Made by a program: the position numbers and the translations under genes
The notes under the pieces: generated by a model
What the model was told of the DNA's origin: nothing
Databases searched by the model: none
The model's input: only the letters and a program-made list of their open reading frames with translations
Assembly (NCBI GenBank): GCA_013115145.1
Contig: JAAPAO010000240.1
Coordinates: 1 to 48,438 of the forward strand
Direction of reading: 5' to 3'
Length of the DNA stretch: 48,438 nucleotides
Origin: Perkinsus chesapeaki ATCC PRA-425
Lineage: Eukaryota; Protista; Perkinsozoa
In this document: positions 46,973-48,438 of the stretch, piece after piece
Layout of the letters: every line of letters starts with the position of its first letter
Position numbering within the stretch: position 1 is the first letter of the stretch

Positions 46973-48225
46973 CCAAGTATGTCAGATTAAGATAGGCAAT
47001 TACAGCATGCTTCTTTATACTAATCTCGTTACATCAATTAACTTGGCATGATCGTTTCTTGCTCACAACCAACGCCGTTGAGTACTATAGTTGATATGAA
47101 ACTCGGTAGATATTATCTAGTAGGTAACGTACTCACTCTGGTGATAGTTACGAATCATAACTATCGATAATCGTAATACGATACTTTGGGTAATTCACCT
47201 GCTCAGATGTAGTTATGTCTTGTGAACATTGTCGAATACCGATCCTAAGTATCTCGCAGTACCCGGAGTGTCTCGCAGCTCTGCTGCGTTCAGCTGCGAA
47301 GCAGCTGTCCTTAGAGTGAGAGTGCTAGCGTTCGTTGTTTCTGTTTTTTATTTTGGGTTAGCAACGTATGTTTGGGTTAGCTATGTTACGCAAGGCTGCC
47401 TTGCTATGGACGAGTGGGTTGACTCAAACAAACGGCCCTAATGTAGGAAGAAGTGCCTCTTGTGGGCCGCTAATTAGAGACAGCCCCGATCCACCGCGCA
47501 GTGGCCAGAGCCTCCGTGGCGGCCACGGCGTGGCCGCAGAAGTCGCCTGGCGCAGAGGACAGAATAACTCACTTCGGCCACTTCCGCGAATCAGAGTTGC
47601 TCGCCGAGTAAAGAAGTGACGCTGCCTCTGCGAGATAGGAGACGGCGAAGATGGTTAAACACACCCAATACCCTCCATTTCTCTGCGTCTTCATGCATGC
47701 AGTTCTACTGATGCAGGGGAGGAGCGCTGCTGCCCTGACACGGCCCAACTCCCGTTAGCATAATACTCCAGGTTGCTATGCTAGTCTGGCATGGACCATG
47801 CCGCATGGTAGACTGATCAGAGTATGACACACGTGATACCACTAGTAACTTTTCGAGTATCGTAAGTTATGATCGAAACCTTCGATTCAAAAGTGTTTGA
47901 ACACATACTGCTGATGATGCAGCTGAGATCATTGCTGGCTCCACGGATGCCATTTCTGCTACCCTGTTTCATGTCCAGCCCAATCGGAGTATGCGTCGGA
48001 GTGGTGTCCTCACCGCATAACAGGTATGACGTGAACCACCGTGGAGTATATCGGATCTCCGACTCGCTGTTTCATCCCATATAAATGCATTTCAAATGTC
48101 GAGAACGAGCGCCACGGCCTATGGCTGCTCCAACCGATACCGGGCGTGACGCAAGTTCTGTCCCCTCATGGTTGATCCTGCTGCAGTTGAGCCGTTGAGT
48201 TGCATCCCAAGTTGCGATGGTCTCG

Positions 48226-48438
48226 ATGAGGAACCGCCTCGTACAAGTTCTCCTGGCTTGTCACTTTATCCCGCCCGCCTTTCGCTTACTGCCGACCATA
48301 ATGGGCCGAGTACTGGATCTAAATATCAGATATGGAAATCTTGGCGGATATGGCATAGGCCTGTACTGCGTGGTCGGTTTCCCTGGGTACGAAGTCTCTG
48401 CCTTAGTGGACACTGGATCGACGAGCCTCTTCTTCGTT
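48226..48438 (+). CDS. Pepsin-like aspartic protease, N-terminal part (runs off window)
   Basis: MRNRLVQVLLACHFIPP..LDLNIRYG..GIGLYC..SALVDTGSTSLFFV. Signal-like start and catalytic DTGS motif. Confidence 0.85.
   Translation, partial: MRNRLVQVLLACHFIPPAFRLLPTIMGRVLDLNIRYGNLGGYGIGLYCVVGFPGYEVSALVDTGSTSLFFV

Noticed and set aside
1-48438. Spliced-leader RNA, snRNA, rRNA, CRISPR arrays or telomeric repeats
   Set aside because: No CCGTAGCCAT(C/T)T..GGCTCAAG leader, snRNA/rRNA signature, spaced repeat array or telomere tract was seen by eye.

Overview
Eukaryotic nuclear DNA with many short GT-AG introns (about 40-55 nt), expanded families of secreted hypothetical proteins, pseudogenes and transposon relics. 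The intron size and gene-family style point to a Perkinsus-like alveolate (inference only). Well-supported features: a tRNA-Gln(CTG), an intronless 458-aa DHA1/TetA-like MFS transporter, a secreted protein with four CKWW Cys repeats, two intact and one decayed member of an intronless secreted FGPRGMYCS family, the N-terminal part of a DCC1-like gene, a SWIM-finger (Mutator-like) gene, the start of an aspartic protease gene plus a truncated paralogue, a gag-knuckle/protease retroelement relic, and a patchwork segmental duplication at 4-11 kb, one copy of which carries a 445-bp solo-LTR-like insertion. The most interesting locus is largely invisible in the ORF track. It is a 7-exon gene at 41380-43533 that I reconstruct as PB1 + three ZZ zinc fingers + a LIR-like motif + a hydrophobic C-terminal tail, i.e. 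a p62/NBR1-like receptor architecture. One ZZ half-exon is tandemly duplicated (387 bp), and the two copies cannot both be included in frame. All splice models were made by eye and are untested.
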